NCBI GenBank assembly: GCA_963664875.1
Contig: OY761611.1
Coordinates: 2,880,001-2,944,000, forward strand
Direction: 5' to 3'
DNA from: Candidatus Kapaibacterium sp.
GTDB lineage: Bacteria > Bacteroidota > Ignavibacteria > Kapaibacteriales > UBA2268
DNA length: 64,000 nucleotides
Shown piece by piece: positions 46,106 to 61,166 of this stretch. Made by a program: the position numbers and the translations under genes. The notes under the pieces are model-generated. The model saw only the letters and a program-made list of their open reading frames with translations. It was not told the origin of the DNA and made no database searches. Each line of letters opens with the position of its first letter. Within the stretch, counting starts at the first letter, position 1.

Positions 46106-46248
46106 AGTTTTTAGATTTATTACCTACTATGTGGTATAATTATTATTAAACAAAATGGGAAAACAATCTTATAAGTAAAGACGGATTGTTTTTGCTGCGA
46201 ACAAGAGTTCGAAAATTTAACAGCTAATACTTCGCTCAATCAAAACTT

Positions 46249-46881
46249 TTAGTTGAACTGAATAGAGGCAACTATAGAATCAAAAATTCTGTCCATATCC
46301 TGTCTGCTTGGCAACGGCTTGCCAATTACATCCATAGGCATCAAAGCAAATTCGTAATAGTTCCCTGTTTCAGTCATGAATACTATTATGTCTGATGAAA
46401 GTGCACCACCGGTAGTACTAATTTTGTATTTGACAAAATGCTTATTTCCTATAGAAAAGGGTTGGTATTGGCCAATAAGTTTAATGTCACCGGCAGTTTT
46501 GCGTTTATGTCTCTCTAAATTCATCCTTGCAAGACCAAAAAGTCCCTCTTTCTCTATAGTCTTATCCATAATATTATTACTACGAATAAGTGAGAAAACG
46601 GCTGACAGTGAATAATCAGGATTGACTGCAACTGCTATCAAGCCTGATGCAGCCCTTTCTTCTACATCAATCAGAAACCAGTCCTGAGGAATAAAAGAAA
46701 TCATGTCGCCTTGTGCAGAGCGAATTATTACATCGGACATCTGTATTTCAGGTTTCGGACTCAAATCCATTTCCGGTTGCCTGTCGTCAGAGTTGTTGTA
46801 TTTCACAAAAATACAAGAGCTCATAGCGAAAGCTATAAGCACAAATATAAATACTATTTTGTTCGTTATTTTGAAGCTCAT
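46249..46881 (-). CDS. Hypothetical lipoprotein
   Basis: Hydrophobic signal peptide with lipobox MSSC. Confidence 0.7.
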   Translation of the reverse strand: MSFKITNKIVFIFVLIAFAMSSCIFVKYNNSDDRQPEMDLSPKPEIQMSDVIIRSAQGDMISFIPQDWFLIDVEERAASGLIAVAVNPDYSLSAVFSLIRSNNIMDKTIEKEGLFGLARMNLERHKRKTAGDIKLIGQYQPFSIGNKHFVKYKISTTGGALSSDIIVFMTETGNYYEFALMPMDVIGKPLPSRQDMDRIFDSIVASIQFN

Positions 46882-46893
46882 ATAGGGCTGTTT

Positions 46894-47523
46894 TTATTTG
46901 TTTACAGAAAATATCTTTTCGCCTGCTTTTATCTCTAAGTCTATATGATTGCTAAGCGGCACTACCGGGCAACTGTAATTATCACTATATGCACAGTAAG
47001 GTGCGTATGCAGTGTTAAAATCGAGCGTTACCTGATTGGTTTTTGGGATTCCCATTATATCAAGATATCGACCGGCTGAATAACTCGTGATGCCATTGGT
47101 TTTGTCAGAAAAAGGAATAAAGATGTATTTAGTAGCTCCTTCCTTTAGAGACAGAAAAGCATCTATCGAGCAGTTTGTGCCGGAAAGAATAAAACTCAAC
47201 TTTGCATATCTCAGATATTTTTTAGTTATATCAGGTTTACTTGTGAAAAACTCTACTGTGTCAGGATTATCGTAAATATTGAAATCTGCTGTTACTCTAA
47301 AAGACTTATCTGGTTCAAAATAATTAAGACCTTTAAATTTGTCTCTTATAGATTCAGGGATAGGAGATTCCTTATCATATTTATAATAATTATCGTTTTT
47401 TTGCCTTTCCGCAAGTAAATCATTTATATAAGAACTATGATTATTGCAAGCATTTACAAAGATAAGAAATGCAAAGAGAAAAACAGCATTTAAAAGCTTA
47501 AAAAATTTAATACTCCTCGACAT
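46894..47523 (-). CDS. DUF1684-family lipoprotein
   Basis: FKGLNYF, FSDKTNG..SYSAGRYLD, LDFN.AY.PYCAY...SCP, IKAGEK. Confidence 0.88.
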   Translation of the reverse strand: MSRSIKFFKLLNAVFLFAFLIFVNACNNHSSYINDLLAERQKNDNYYKYDKESPIPESIRDKFKGLNYFEPDKSFRVTADFNIYDNPDTVEFFTSKPDITKKYLRYAKLSFILSGTNCSIDAFLSLKEGATKYIFIPFSDKTNGITSYSAGRYLDIMGIPKTNQVTLDFNTAYAPYCAYSDNYSCPVVPLSNHIDLEIKAGEKIFSVNK

Positions 47524-48301
47524 GTAAAGCTCCTGCGCACTCAGTTGAATGTTTTGTGTATCCAAATTTATGCAAAAAAGCAGTAACAGATTCTACCATT
47601 TTTGGATTGCCACAAAGAAAAAAGTGAGTTTTCGCAGGATCTACTTCGATTCCTGCATCTTGCAGTACCCCGGCTTCAAGGTGTTTCTCTATATAACCTG
47701 TAAGACCGTTCCAAGTCGAATCTGCTTTAAGAAGAGTAGGGAAGTAGTGAAAATTAGCAAAAGAATTTTGTATAAATGTAAGCTCACTGTAATAACCCAA
47801 ATCCCAAGGGTAAGCAGCACCGTGAAAAACAGCCATTCTGTTATTAGAAGAGTCTTGCATGTGAGACCTCAAAAAACTGATATAAGGGGCAAGCCCTGTG
47901 CCGGTAGCAATCATTACAATATTGCAGGATTCGGGAATTTGGCTAAGATGGAAAATGCCGAAAATATCTTCATCTACCCACATACGTCTGCCAAGAGAAA
48001 GATTGAATAAGCGAGGAGTGAGCTGACCGGATTTGACCTGGCTTATGTAAAATTCAAAATCTTGAGTCTGATGATTAGCAGATGCAATGGAGTAAGGTCT
48101 TTTGATAAGTGTCTTTTCAGGCATAGTCTCGAGCGGCATGACACTATTTGGGCTTCTTGTTTCCGAGGCAGCTAAGCCGATATTCGTATATTGCCCTGCA
48201 ATAAACTTATCGCGGGGAGAGTCAGTTCTTACTCTGAGCATCATCAGGTCAGGAGTAAGCATTATTTTACCTGTAACCGTAGCATTGTATAAACTTTCCA
48301 T
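47507..48301 (-). CDS. fpr: Ferredoxin--NADP+ reductase (bacterial Fpr type)
   Basis: AGQY, RPYSIAS, GQLTPRL, ATGTGLAPY, CGNPKMV, terminal EEY. Confidence 0.9.
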   Translation of the reverse strand: MESLYNATVTGKIMLTPDLMMLRVRTDSPRDKFIAGQYTNIGLAASETRSPNSVMPLETMPEKTLIKRPYSIASANHQTQDFEFYISQVKSGQLTPRLFNLSLGRRMWVDEDIFGIFHLSQIPESCNIVMIATGTGLAPYISFLRSHMQDSSNNRMAVFHGAAYPWDLGYYSELTFIQNSFANFHYFPTLLKADSTWNGLTGYIEKHLEAGVLQDAGIEVDPAKTHFFLCGNPKMVESVTAFLHKFGYTKHSTECAGALHVEEY

Positions 48302-48429
48302 GTAGCATATTTCCGTAATAGGTTAGAATAAAGAATGAAAAAGAAAAAAATAGGAAACCGTATTTGTATATCAATGCGAGAAATATAAAATCTCGTAAAT
48401 TAATTTTACGAGAGAGTCGAAAAAATATT

Positions 48430-48459
48430 TTGACAGACTATCAAAAAGGTGTATATTTG
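48430..48459 (+). promoter_or_regulatory. Housekeeping promoter upstream of the tRNA cluster
   Basis: TTGACA-N16-TATATTTG; further TAnnTTTG boxes near 48555 and 48670. Confidence 0.65.
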
Positions 48460-48688
48460 CGAGCTCTCTTAAGGGAGGCACTTAGCTCTTAAACATCAAA
48501 AAGCCGAATCGAAAAAAAATCTAAAAAAGATTTTGCAGGTTTCAAGAAAAGTTGTATTTTTGAATTCCTGTTATTTGACAAGGTAGAAAAAGAGGCGTTA
48601 TTATTAAGGCTTAGAAAAAAAAATAAAGAAATCTAAAAAAAAAGATTTTTTTATCTCGAAAAAAAGCTTTAATTTTGAAGTCTAAATC

Positions 48689-48772
48689 GGGCAGGTACCG
48701 AAGTGGCCAAACGGGGCAGACTGTAAATCTGCTGGGCTCCGCCCTACGGAGGTTCGAATCCTTCCCTGCCCA
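48689..48772 (+). tRNA. tRNA-Tyr (GTA)
   Basis: GGGCAGG/CCTGCCC acceptor stem, anticodon loop CTGTAAA, long variable arm, TTCGAAT. Confidence 0.97.
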
Positions 48773-48789
48773 CACTGACTTTATTTTCC

Positions 48790-48865
48790 GCGGGAGTAGC
48801 TCAATTGGTAGAGCATCAGCCTTCCAAGCTGAGGGTTGCGGGTTCGAGTCTCGTCTCCCGCTCCA
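48790..48865 (+). tRNA. tRNA-Gly (TCC)
   Basis: GCGGGAG/CTCCCGC, loop CTTCCAA, encoded CCA. Confidence 0.97.
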
Positions 48866-48946
48866 ATTATGGAAAATGAGTTAAATAAAATAAGTCGGCA
48901 ATAGAATTGCTGGCTATTTTATGTTTGTAGAGGACAAGACGCTGCT

Positions 48947-49018
<72 letters not shown>

Positions 49019-49084
49019 CAGATGATAAAAAAAGCCGTTAATTCGGTGAAGATGTTAGAAGCAGGAGACTAAGTGAACATATAT

Positions 49085-49157
49085 ACGGGTGTAGCTCAAT
49101 TGGTAGAGTGGCGGTCTCCAAAACCGTAGGCTGTGGGTTCGAGTCCTACCACCCGTG
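49085..49157 (+). tRNA. tRNA-Trp (CCA)
   Basis: ACGGGTG/CACCCGT, loop CTCCAAA, upstream of secE. Confidence 0.97.
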
Positions 49158-49209
49158 CCCGAGAAAAAATTAAAAAGTCGCAATCTCAGCGACTTTATTT
49201 TTATCAAAT

Positions 49210-49407
49210 ATGACACAGATAATTATGCTGGGTAAAATCAAAATATTCGCCAACGAAGTCGCCGGTGAAATGAAAAAAGTACATTGGCCGACTAAAGAGC
49301 AACTAAAAGAGTCAACCAAGGTTGTAATAGTAACAACTTTGGTTATAAGTGCATTGGTAATGGTTATCGATCAGATAGCTACTTACGGAATGGGCTTGCT
49401 CTTCTAA
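49210..49407 (+). CDS. secE: Preprotein translocase subunit SecE
   Basis: EMKKVHWPTKEQL plus a TM helix; start may be ATG 49225. Confidence 0.95.
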   Translation: MTQIIMLGKIKIFANEVAGEMKKVHWPTKEQLKESTKVVIVTTLVISALVMVIDQIATYGMGLLF

Positions 49408-49451
49408 TTATTGCACTGCATCTTTTAAACATTTATCTTATATAAGGTATT

Positions 49452-50027
49452 ATGAGTTTGGATCAAAATATATATACCGGTTATTTTTCCGACGAGCATA
49501 AGTGGTATGCTGTCCGAACTTTTACCGGTCATGAGGCAAAAGTAAAACAGGCGATTGAGTCTGAGGTAAAAAGACTTGGTTTGAGCGACAGAGTCAAAGA
49601 GGTTGTTATTCCTCAGGAAACTGTTTTCGAAGTAAGAAACGGTAAACGTCGAACTAAAGTGAAAAACTTTTTGCCGGGCTATATATTAGTCCATACTATT
49701 ATGGATAAAAAAGTTAAAGATGTTATTCAAAACCTTCAAGGTGTTGTGAGCTTTGTAGGCAGAAGAAATGATGCTACTCCTCTGCAACAATCCGAAGTTG
49801 ACAGAATCATCGGAAGGGTAGAGGAACGCAAAGATCTCGCTACTGTGGATACAGCTTTCTCAGTGGGCGACCCTATCAAAGTTATTGACGGTCCTTTCTC
49901 TACGTTTAGCGGTATTGTAAAAGAAGTTAACGAAGAGAAGCAAAAACTGAAAGTAGAAGTCGGTATCCTCGGAAGGAAAACTCCGGTAGAATTAGATTTT
50001 AGCCAAGTAGAACTAGAAAGTCACTAA
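49452..50027 (+). CDS. nusG: Transcription factor NusG
   Basis: KWYAVRT..GHE, PGYIL, KOW motif VIDGPF, GRKTPVEL. Confidence 0.98.
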   Translation: MSLDQNIYTGYFSDEHKWYAVRTFTGHEAKVKQAIESEVKRLGLSDRVKEVVIPQETVFEVRNGKRRTKVKNFLPGYILVHTIMDKKVKDVIQNLQGVVSFVGRRNDATPLQQSEVDRIIGRVEERKDLATVDTAFSVGDPIKVIDGPFSTFSGIVKEVNEEKQKLKVEVGILGRKTPVELDFSQVELESH

Positions 50028-50074
50028 GCAAAAATTCAAATAAAATATATTCACATTTCCGGTGAAAGAATAAA

Positions 50075-50500
50075 ATGGCAAAGAAAGTAGCAGGTTCGTT
50101 TAAGCTCCAGCTAAAAGCTGGTGAAGCAACTATGGCTCCACCTGTTGGTCCGGCTTTTGGTCAACGTGGTTTGAATGGTATGGAATTCGTTAAACAGTTC
50201 AATGGTAAAACTGCAAAAGATAAAGGTTTTATATTGCCTGTTTTAGTAACGTTCTATTCAGACAAATCGTTTGTCTTTGATATCAAAACTCCTCCTGCAG
50301 CATTCCTTATCAAAAGAGAAATTGGTTTGGAAACTGGTTCTGCAGAGCCTAACAAGAAAAAAGTCGGCAAAATCACTAAACAACAATGCGAAAATATCGC
50401 TAAAATCAAAATTGTTGACATGAACTGTGACTCTCTTGAAAGTGCAACTAAAATGATCGCAGGCACTGCAAGAGCTATGGGTGTAGTTTACGAAGACTAA
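50075..50500 (+). CDS. rplK: 50S ribosomal protein L11
   Basis: [24 protein letters not shown]. Confidence 0.98.
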   Translation: MAKKVAGSFKLQLKAGEATMAPPVGPAFGQRGLNGMEFVKQFNGKTAKDKGFILPVLVTFYSDKSFVFDIKTPPAAFLIKREIGLETGSAEPNKKKVGKITKQQCENIAKIKIVDMNCDSLESATKMIAGTARAMGVVYED

Positions 50501-50542
50501 TTCCGCGAAGAAAAATTATTAACTATAAATATGTGATATACA

Positions 50543-51250
50543 ATGAAATCTCGTGGTAAAAGATATGATGCCGTCGCTAAAACTATAGATAGCAAAAAAG
50601 AATACAGCTTGACTGAAGCTGTTGAAGCTGTCAGAAAATCTGCGACTGCTAAATTCGATGAATCATTCGATATTGCAATGAAGCTTGGAGTTGACCCGAG
50701 AAAAGCTGACCAGATGGTCCGCGGTACAGTTTCATTGCCGAATGGAACAGGTAAATCTGTTAGAGTTTTGGTGCTTTGTAAAGCTCCAAAAGATCAAGAA
50801 GCATTAGCTGCAGGTGCAGAATATGCAGGCTTGGAAGAATATGTAGAAAAAATCAAAGGCGGCTGGGCTGACGTTGATGTAATTATCGCTACTCCTGATG
50901 TAATGGGTGAAGTTGGTAAATTAGGTCGTATCTTAGGTCCTCGTGGTCTTATGCCAAATCCTAAAGTAGGTACTGTTACTCTTGACGTTGCTAAAGCTGT
51001 TCAGGAAGTAAAAGCAGGTAAAATCGAATACCGTGTTGACAAAACTGGTAATATTCATGCCTCTATAGGTAAATGTTCATTTGATTCTGAAAAGTTAGTA
51101 GAAAACCTTAACGCTTTTTATTCTAAAATATTAAAAGCTAAGCCTTCTACTGCAAAAGGCAAATACGTGAAAAGCGTGTTCTTGTCTTCTACTATGGGAC
51201 CAAGTGTCGGTGTAGAAGAATTGTCTTTCAAAGTCATTGACGTTGAATAA
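50543..51250 (+). CDS. rplA: 50S ribosomal protein L1
   Basis: [27 protein letters not shown]. Confidence 0.98.
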   Translation: MKSRGKRYDAVAKTIDSKKEYSLTEAVEAVRKSATAKFDESFDIAMKLGVDPRKADQMVRGTVSLPNGTGKSVRVLVLCKAPKDQEALAAGAEYAGLEEYVEKIKGGWADVDVIIATPDVMGEVGKLGRILGPRGLMPNPKVGTVTLDVAKAVQEVKAGKIEYRVDKTGNIHASIGKCSFDSEKLVENLNAFYSKILKAKPSTAKGKYVKSVFLSSTMGPSVGVEELSFKVIDVE

Positions 51251-51260
51251 TAAAAAAAAT

Positions 51261-51320
51261 TAAGACTATTACGCATAATAATATGTACGGCTTTTTCGCT
51301 GCTTCTCCCGTAGTAAATTT
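51261..51320 (+). promoter_or_regulatory. Probable L10 autoregulatory leader
   Basis: TAAGAC followed by tattacg/cgtagta pairing in the rplA-rplJ spacer; call rests largely on position. Confidence 0.55.
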
Positions 51321-51371
51321 TACTAAGGGTGCGATAAGTCAAATTGAGAGAAAAACAAAGGTAAATGGCTA

Positions 51372-51905
51372 ATGATCTCTAAATCAAAAAAAACGGATAT
51401 CGTTGCCGGATTAGTTGAATTGCTAAAAGATGCTACAGGTATCTACTTTGTTGATTATGCTACAATGACAGTCGCACAAACTGGTGCTTTCCGCTCTACT
51501 TTGAGAGAAAAAGGCATCATCATGCGCGTAGCTAAAAACACTTTGATTAGAAGAGCTTTAGATGAAATCGGTGGTTATGAAAACATGCCAATCGAAGCCA
51601 CTAAAGGACAGACTGCTATGATTATCAGTTATGATGATCCTACAGCTCCTTCTAAGATAATCAAAGAATCAATGAAAAAATTAGAAAAACCTGTTTACAA
51701 AGCAGCTGTTCTCGAAGGCGAATTCTTTGACAGTACTAAACTTGAAGTACTTTCTACATTGCCTTCTAAACAAGATCTTTATGCTGCTATCGTTGGCTCA
51801 ATTGGTTCGCCGGCATCAGGTATCGTTGGTGCTATCAACGCAGTAATGCGCGACGTTGCGTCGTTGGTAGAAGAAGTTGCTAAAAAGCAAAATAACGTTG
51901 CATAA
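51372..51905 (+). CDS. rplJ: 50S ribosomal protein L10
   Basis: VAKNTL, LPSKQDL; position. Confidence 0.96.
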   Translation: MISKSKKTDIVAGLVELLKDATGIYFVDYATMTVAQTGAFRSTLREKGIIMRVAKNTLIRRALDEIGGYENMPIEATKGQTAMIISYDDPTAPSKIIKESMKKLEKPVYKAAVLEGEFFDSTKLEVLSTLPSKQDLYAAIVGSIGSPASGIVGAINAVMRDVASLVEEVAKKQNNVA

Positions 51906-51979
51906 AACACGTAGTTGATGCAATAGAAAAATATTCTAAATAAGTAAATAGTCAATAAATAATTTATAAAGGTGATAAT

Positions 51980-52363
51980 ATGACACCGATCGTTCAAGAA
52001 TTGCTTGAAAAAATTGGTAATTTAACATTAGTTGAAGCTGCTGAACTTAAAGAAGCTATGGAAGAAAAATTTGGCGTAACTGCTGCTGCTCCTGTAATGA
52101 TGGGTGGCGCTATGCCGGTAGCTGCTGCAGCTGAAGAAGCAGCTGAAGAAAAAACTGAGTTCGACGTAGAATTGACTGAAATCGGCGACAAAAAATTGAA
52201 CATCATCAAAATCGTTCGCGAACTTACAGGCCTTGGCTTGAAAGAAGCTAAAGATTTAGTTGAATCTGCTCCAAAAGTAATCAAAGAAGCTTGCACTAAA
52301 GAAGAAGCTGAAGCTCTTAAAAAACAACTTGAAGAAGCAGGCGCTAAAGCTAACCTTAAATAA
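51980..52363 (+). CDS. rplL: 50S ribosomal protein L7/L12
   Basis: [25 protein letters not shown]. Confidence 0.98.
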   Translation: MTPIVQELLEKIGNLTLVEAAELKEAMEEKFGVTAAAPVMMGGAMPVAAAAEEAAEEKTEFDVELTEIGDKKLNIIKIVRELTGLGLKEAKDLVESAPKVIKEACTKEEAEALKKQLEEAGAKANLK

Positions 52364-52385
52364 GCCTAAGCCAGATATTTTAAAC

Positions 52386-52425
52386 GGGGCAAGCGGTTCT
52401 CTTAAAAAAATCGCTTCCCCTTTTT
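52386..52425 (+). terminator. Terminator/attenuator after rplL
   Basis: ggggcaagcggtt/aatcgcttcccc stem followed by T5. Confidence 0.7.
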
Positions 52426-52536
52426 CTCATTTAGGTTTTTTACGTTTTTCTTTATATGAAGTGTAAAACACTATTTGCCGCCGGTTTTTTCTAATATAAG
52501 TTAAGAAATAGATGAGAAATTTACTAATAAAATTTG

Positions 52537-52591
52537 AATAGGATTTTTTGATAATTCACATGCCTGAATTATCAAAAAATCCTATTTTTTT
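52537..52591 (+). terminator. 22-bp perfect hairpin with U-tract just upstream of rpoB
   Basis: aataggattttttgataattca-catgcc-tgaattatcaaaaaatcctatt followed by Ts. Confidence 0.7.
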
Positions 52592-52620
52592 CGTAATGTA
52601 TTCAAGCGAGGAGGTGTTCC

Positions 52621-56532
<3,912 letters not shown>

Positions 56533-56632
56533 CTTAGCCGGGCAAACATGTTTGCCTTGCAAAAGGGAATTAAGCAATAGAAAAATTATAATAAGAAATC
56601 AAAAAAGTAGAATAAATTTATAGAGGACACCC

Positions 56633-59600
56633 ATGCAATCTATGGCTATACCAAGGCGAGGATTTAGAAAAATCTCGATCAAAATAGCTTCTCCGGATGA
56701 TATTTTGAATCGTTCGCATGGTGAGGTAACTAAACCTGAAACTATAAATTATAGATCTTTCAGACCTGAAAAGGATGGTCTATTTTGCGAGAAAATCTTT
56801 GGTCCTATCAGAGATTGGGAATGTGCCTGCGGTAAATACAAAAGAATCAGATACAAAGGTATTGTCTGCGACCGTTGCGGTGTAGAAGTTACCCAAAAAT
56901 CGGTTCGCCGCGAAAGAATGGGGCATATAATGCTTGCCGTTCCTGTGGTACATATCTGGTTTTTACGCACTTTGCCAAGCAAAATCAGTGCAATTTTAGG
57001 TATGCCGACTAAAGATGTCGAACGCGTAGTTTATTACGAATCATATATAGTTGTACAACCTGGTCGCACAGGTTTGCAGAAAAAAGACTTACTTACAGAA
57101 GAGCAGTATCTCGATGTGTTGGATTCTTTAACTAAAGAAGACCACGAGTTGGATGATGAAGATCCAAACAAATTTATTGCTCTTATCGGTGGTGAAGCTT
57201 TGAAGGAAATGCTCAAAAGAGTAGAACCTGAAAAAGAATACTTCGATTTGAAGGAAAGTCTAAAAACTGAAACTTCTCAGCAGAAAAAAGCTGATTTGCT
57301 AAAACGACTAAGAGTACTCGATGCTTTCAGACAAAGCCAGGAGGGTGAATTCCCGAATGAGCCAAGCTGGATGGTATTAGATGTTATTCCGGTAATTCCT
57401 CCGGATTTGCGTCCTTTGGTGCCTTTAGAAGGTGGTAGATTTGCTACTTCTGATTTAAATGACCTTTACCGTCGTGTTATCATCAGAAATAACCGTCTGA
57501 AAAGACTTATAGATATTAAAGCTCCTGAAGTTATCCTTAGAAACGAAAAGCGTATGCTTCAGGAATCTGTAGATGCACTTTTTGATAACAGCCGTCGTGC
57601 AGTTAGAAGTGAATCACAGAGAGCTCTCAAATCGCTTGCCGATACTTTGAAAGGTAAGACAGGCCGTTTCCGTCAGAACTTACTTGGTAAACGTGTTGAC
57701 TATTCAGGTCGTTCGGTTATCGTTGTTGGTCCTGAATTGAAACTTCATGAATGCGGTCTTCCGAAAGATATGGCAGTCGAATTGTTCAAACCGTTTATTA
57801 TTAGAAAGCTTATCGAACGCGGTCACGTTAAGACTGTGAAAAGTGCTAAGAAAATGGTTGAACGCAAAACTAATGAAGTATGGGATATCCTAGAAAAAGT
57901 GATCGAAGGTCACCCGGTAATGCTAAACCGTGCTCCTACGCTTCACAGATTGGGTATCCAAGCATTCCAGCCAAGGCTGATTGAAGGTAAAGCTATTCAG
58001 CTGCACCCATTGGTTTGTACTGCATTCAACGCCGACTTTGACGGTGACCAGATGGCAGTTCACTTGCCAATTTCCCATGAAGCACAGTTGGAAGCATTGC
58101 TCTTGATACTTGCTCCGCATAACATCATGCACACTCAGAACGGTAATCCAATCGCCGTACCTTCTCAGGATATGGTACTTGGTGCTTACTATCTGACAAA
58201 ATTGAAAAAAGGAGCTCCGGGAGAAGGCAAATTCTTTGCTTCTAAAGATGAAGTTGTTATTGCTCATAACTCTGACAAAGTACATCTTCATGCAAAAATC
58301 AAAGTAAGATACAATGGCACAGTGCTTGAAACTACTGTTGGTCGTATCTTGTTGAATGATATTGTGCCGGAAGAATTAGGCTATATCAATGAAGTATTGA
58401 CGAAAAAACGTTTGCGTCAGATTATTGGTGTTTGTTTCCGCCAGGCTGGTCTTGCTAAAACAGTTGTTTTCCTTGACAGCCTTAAAGAAATGGGCTTTAC
58501 TTATGCAACTCGCGGTGGTCTTTCTGTAAGTATCCACGACGTTGTAATACCTGACGATAAAATGACTATTATTTCTGCTACGCAGGATAAAATTGATACT
58601 ATCGAATCTGCATATACTAATGGTGTTATTTCCAGTGGTGAACGTTATAACAAAATCATCGATAACTGGTCGAACGCTACTAACAAAATTGCAGATAAAC
58701 TATATAATGAATTATCAAAAGACAAAGACGGCTTCAATACATTCTGGATGATGCTTGACTCACAAGCCCGCGGTTCAAAAGAGCAGATTCGTCAGCTTGC
58801 AGGTATGCGTGGTCTAATGGGTAAACCTAAAAAATCATTATCCGGCTCAACAGGCGAATTGATTGAAAACCCGATTATGTCTAACTTCAAAGAAGGCCTT
58901 TCTATCCTTGAGTACTTTATCTCTACTCACGGTGCTCGTAAAGGTTTGGCGGATACAGCATTGAAAACTGCCGATGCAGGTTACTTGACAAGACGTTTGC
59001 ACGACGTAGCTCAGGATGTGATTATCTCCGAACAGGATTGCGGCACTATACGTGGTGTAGAAATGACTGCACTCAAAGATGGCGAAGAAATCAAAGAACC
59101 GCTTTACGAAAGAATTCTTGGTCGTACTGCTCTATTCGATGTAGTAGATCCGATTACTAACCAAGTACTTTGCAAAGCAGGTGAAATGATTACAGAACAG
59201 GTAGCAAGAATTATCGAAGCGTCAGCTATCGAAAGAGTTGTTATCCGTTCGGTGCTTACTTGCGAATCGCGTCGCGGTGTTTGTGCGAGATGTTACGGTA
59301 GTAACATGGCTACAAGCAAACAGGTTGACGAAGGCGAAGCAGTAGGTACTATAGCTTCTCAGTCAATTGGTGAGCCTGGTACTCAGCTTACTTTGCGTAC
59401 GTTCCACACAGGTGGTACTGCTGCATTGATTGCTTCCCAGTCATCAGTTGTAGCTAAATTTGAAGGTAAAATCAAATTCGAAAATATTAGAATTATCAGT
59501 TACGAAGGCGACGATGGTCTAATCCAAATCGTAGTAAGCCGTAGTGGTGAAATTCATATCGTAGATCCTGAGTCAGACAGAACCCTTACTAAATACGATG

Positions 59601-60895
59601 CAACTTATGGTGCAGAACTGTTAGTAAACGAAGGTGACATCGTCAAAAAAGGTCAGATGATTTATGAGTGGGATCCTTACAATGCTTCTATCGTAACTGA
59701 AGCTACAGGTCGTGTGAGATATAGAGATTTGTTACAAAACGTAACATATCGCGAAGTAAACGACGAACAGACAGGGCACATTACAAAAGTTGTTACTGAC
59801 TCTCGCGACAGAACTAAAGCACCTGCAATCGAAATCATAGATGAAGATGGACAGGTACTAAAAACATACAATATTCCAACACGCGCTCAGCTTAGAGTTG
59901 ATGACGATGAGATGGTAACAATCGGTTCTCCATTGGTTAAAATACCTCGTGATTTGGGTCGTACCCGAGATATCACAGGTGGTTTGCCACGAGTAACTGA
60001 ATTGTTTGAGGCAAGAGCTCCTCAAAATCCTGCATCAGTATCCGATATTGATGGTATCGTATCATTTGGTAAGCAAAAACGTGGGCAGCGTGTAGTAGTA
60101 ATTACTTCATTAGACGAAAAAACTGTGATGGAATACAGCGTGCCTATCGGTAAATACATCCTTGTCCAGGAAAGTGACTTCGTACGCGCAGGTGACAGAC
60201 TGACAGAAGGTTCTATCAATCCTCATGATATTTTGAGAATCAAAGGACCACACGCCGTACAGGAATACTTAGTAAATGAGATTCAGGACGTTTACCGTAT
60301 GCAGGGTGTAAAAATCAACGACAAACACATTGAAGTGATTGTACGCCAAATGTTGCAGAAAGTAAAAATAGTTGACTCAGGTGACTCTACATTCTTGGAA
60401 AATGATAACGTTGACAGATTGCGTTTCAAAGATGAAAATGATAAATTGAAAGCAATGGTAGTAATCACAGAAAAAGGTGATTCTAAGTTCAACGAAAATT
60501 ATTTGATGTCAAGAAAGAAAGTTAGAGAAGCTAACAGAGAGCTCAAAAAGCAAGGATTAAGAGCTGCAGGTTTCAGACCTGCAGAGCCGGCAGTGTCAGT
60601 ACCTATATTATTAGGTATCACTCAGGCATCTTTGACTACTGAAAGCTGGCTGTCTGCCTCTTCATTCCAGGAGACAACAAGAGTACTTTCTGATGCTTCA
60701 ATCGCCGGAAAGGTTGACAATCTGGTCGGTTTGAAAGAAAATATTATCTTAGGTCAGCTTATACCTGCAGGTACCGGACTCAGAGAGTACCAGGAAATGT
60801 TGGTAACAAGCCATGTAGGAAATATTTTTGGAAGACCGGTAGAAGACCAGTACAACGAAACTGCTATTTCTAAAAGAGAAAAGCCGGCATTGTAA
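56633..60895 (+). CDS. rpoC: RNA polymerase beta' subunit
   Basis: KPETINYR, zinc finger, [17 protein letters not shown]. Confidence 0.99.
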   Translation: MQSMAIPRRGFRKISIKIASPDDILNRSHGEVTKPETINYRSFRPEKDGLFCEKIFGPIRDWECACGKYKRIRYKGIVCDRCGVEVTQKSVRRERMGHIMLAVPVVHIWFLRTLPSKISAILGMPTKDVERVVYYESYIVVQPGRTGLQKKDLLTEEQYLDVLDSLTKEDHELDDEDPNKFIALIGGEALKEMLKRVEPEKEYFDLKESLKTETSQQKKADLLKRLRVLDAFRQSQEGEFPNEPSWMVLDVIPVIPPDLRPLVPLEGGRFATSDLNDLYRRVIIRNNRLKRLIDIKAPEVILRNEKRMLQESVDALFDNSRRAVRSESQRALKSLADTLKGKTGRFRQNLLGKRVDYSGRSVIVVGPELKLHECGLPKDMAVELFKPFIIRKLIERGHVKTVKSAKKMVERKTNEVWDILEKVIEGHPVMLNRAPTLHRLGIQAFQPRLIEGKAIQLHPLVCTAFNADFDGDQMAVHLPISHEAQLEALLLILAPHNIMHTQNGNPIAVPSQDMVLGAYYLTKLKKGAPGEGKFFASKDEVVIAHNSDKVHLHAKIKVRYNGTVLETTVGRILLNDIVPEELGYINEVLTKKRLRQIIGVCFRQAGLAKTVVFLDSLKEMGFTYATRGGLSVSIHDVVIPDDKMTIISATQDKIDTIESAYTNGVISSGERYNKIIDNWSNATNKIADKLYNELSKDKDGFNTFWMMLDSQARGSKEQIRQLAGMRGLMGKPKKSLSGSTGELIENPIMSNFKEGLSILEYFISTHGARKGLADTALKTADAGYLTRRLHDVAQDVIISEQDCGTIRGVEMTALKDGEEIKEPLYERILGRTALFDVVDPITNQVLCKAGEMITEQVARIIEASAIERVVIRSVLTCESRRGVCARCYGSNMATSKQVDEGEAVGTIASQSIGEPGTQLTLRTFHTGGTAALIASQSSVVAKFEGKIKFENIRIISYEGDDGLIQIVVSRSGEIHIVDPESDRTLTKYDATYGAELLVNEGDIVKKGQMIYEWDPYNASIVTEATGRVRYRDLLQNVTYREVNDEQTGHITKVVTDSRDRTKAPAIEIIDEDGQVLKTYNIPTRAQLRVDDDEMVTIGSPLVKIPRDLGRTRDITGGLPRVTELFEARAPQNPASVSDIDGIVSFGKQKRGQRVVVITSLDEKTVMEYSVPIGKYILVQESDFVRAGDRLTEGSINPHDILRIKGPHAVQEYLVNEIQDVYRMQGVKINDKHIEVIVRQMLQKVKIVDSGDSTFLENDNVDRLRFKDENDKLKAMVVITEKGDSKFNENYLMSRKKVREANRELKKQGLRAAGFRPAEPAVSVPILLGITQASLTTESWLSASSFQETTRVLSDASIAGKVDNLVGLKENIILGQLIPAGTGLREYQEMLVTSHVGNIFGRPVEDQYNETAISKREKPAL

Positions 60896-60911
60896 CTTGT
60901 TATATGACCGC

Positions 60912-60947
60912 AAAAGCCGCTTTTGTAATAGTAAAGCGGCTTTTTTT
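60912..60947 (+). terminator. Intrinsic terminator after rpoC
   Basis: aaaagccgcttt/aaagcggctttt stem with a T-tract. Confidence 0.88.
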
Positions 60948-61166
60948 GGTTTAGGAGAAAACAGCAAGTTTTATATAAGCAAATTAATATATTAGTCAAG
61001 CAAAATATTATTTGAAATATCGGCTAAGAAATACACGAAAAATTGATTAAATATTTTGCTTACAATAATTTACATTTGTTATCGCATATAGTGTGATACA
61101 ATAAAAGAAGAAAATCAAAAAAGCTATAGTAATATTATTAATAATTCTATCAGGGTTGGTAAAGAA

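Noticed and set aside
48675-48884. 69-aa ORF in the supplied track
   Set aside because: It overlaps tRNA-Tyr and tRNA-Gly; spurious.
61017-61046. Minus-strand GCCGATAT as a sigma28 promoter (similarly GCCGATTA at 11430)
   Set aside because: No TAAA-like -35 element at 15-nt spacing.
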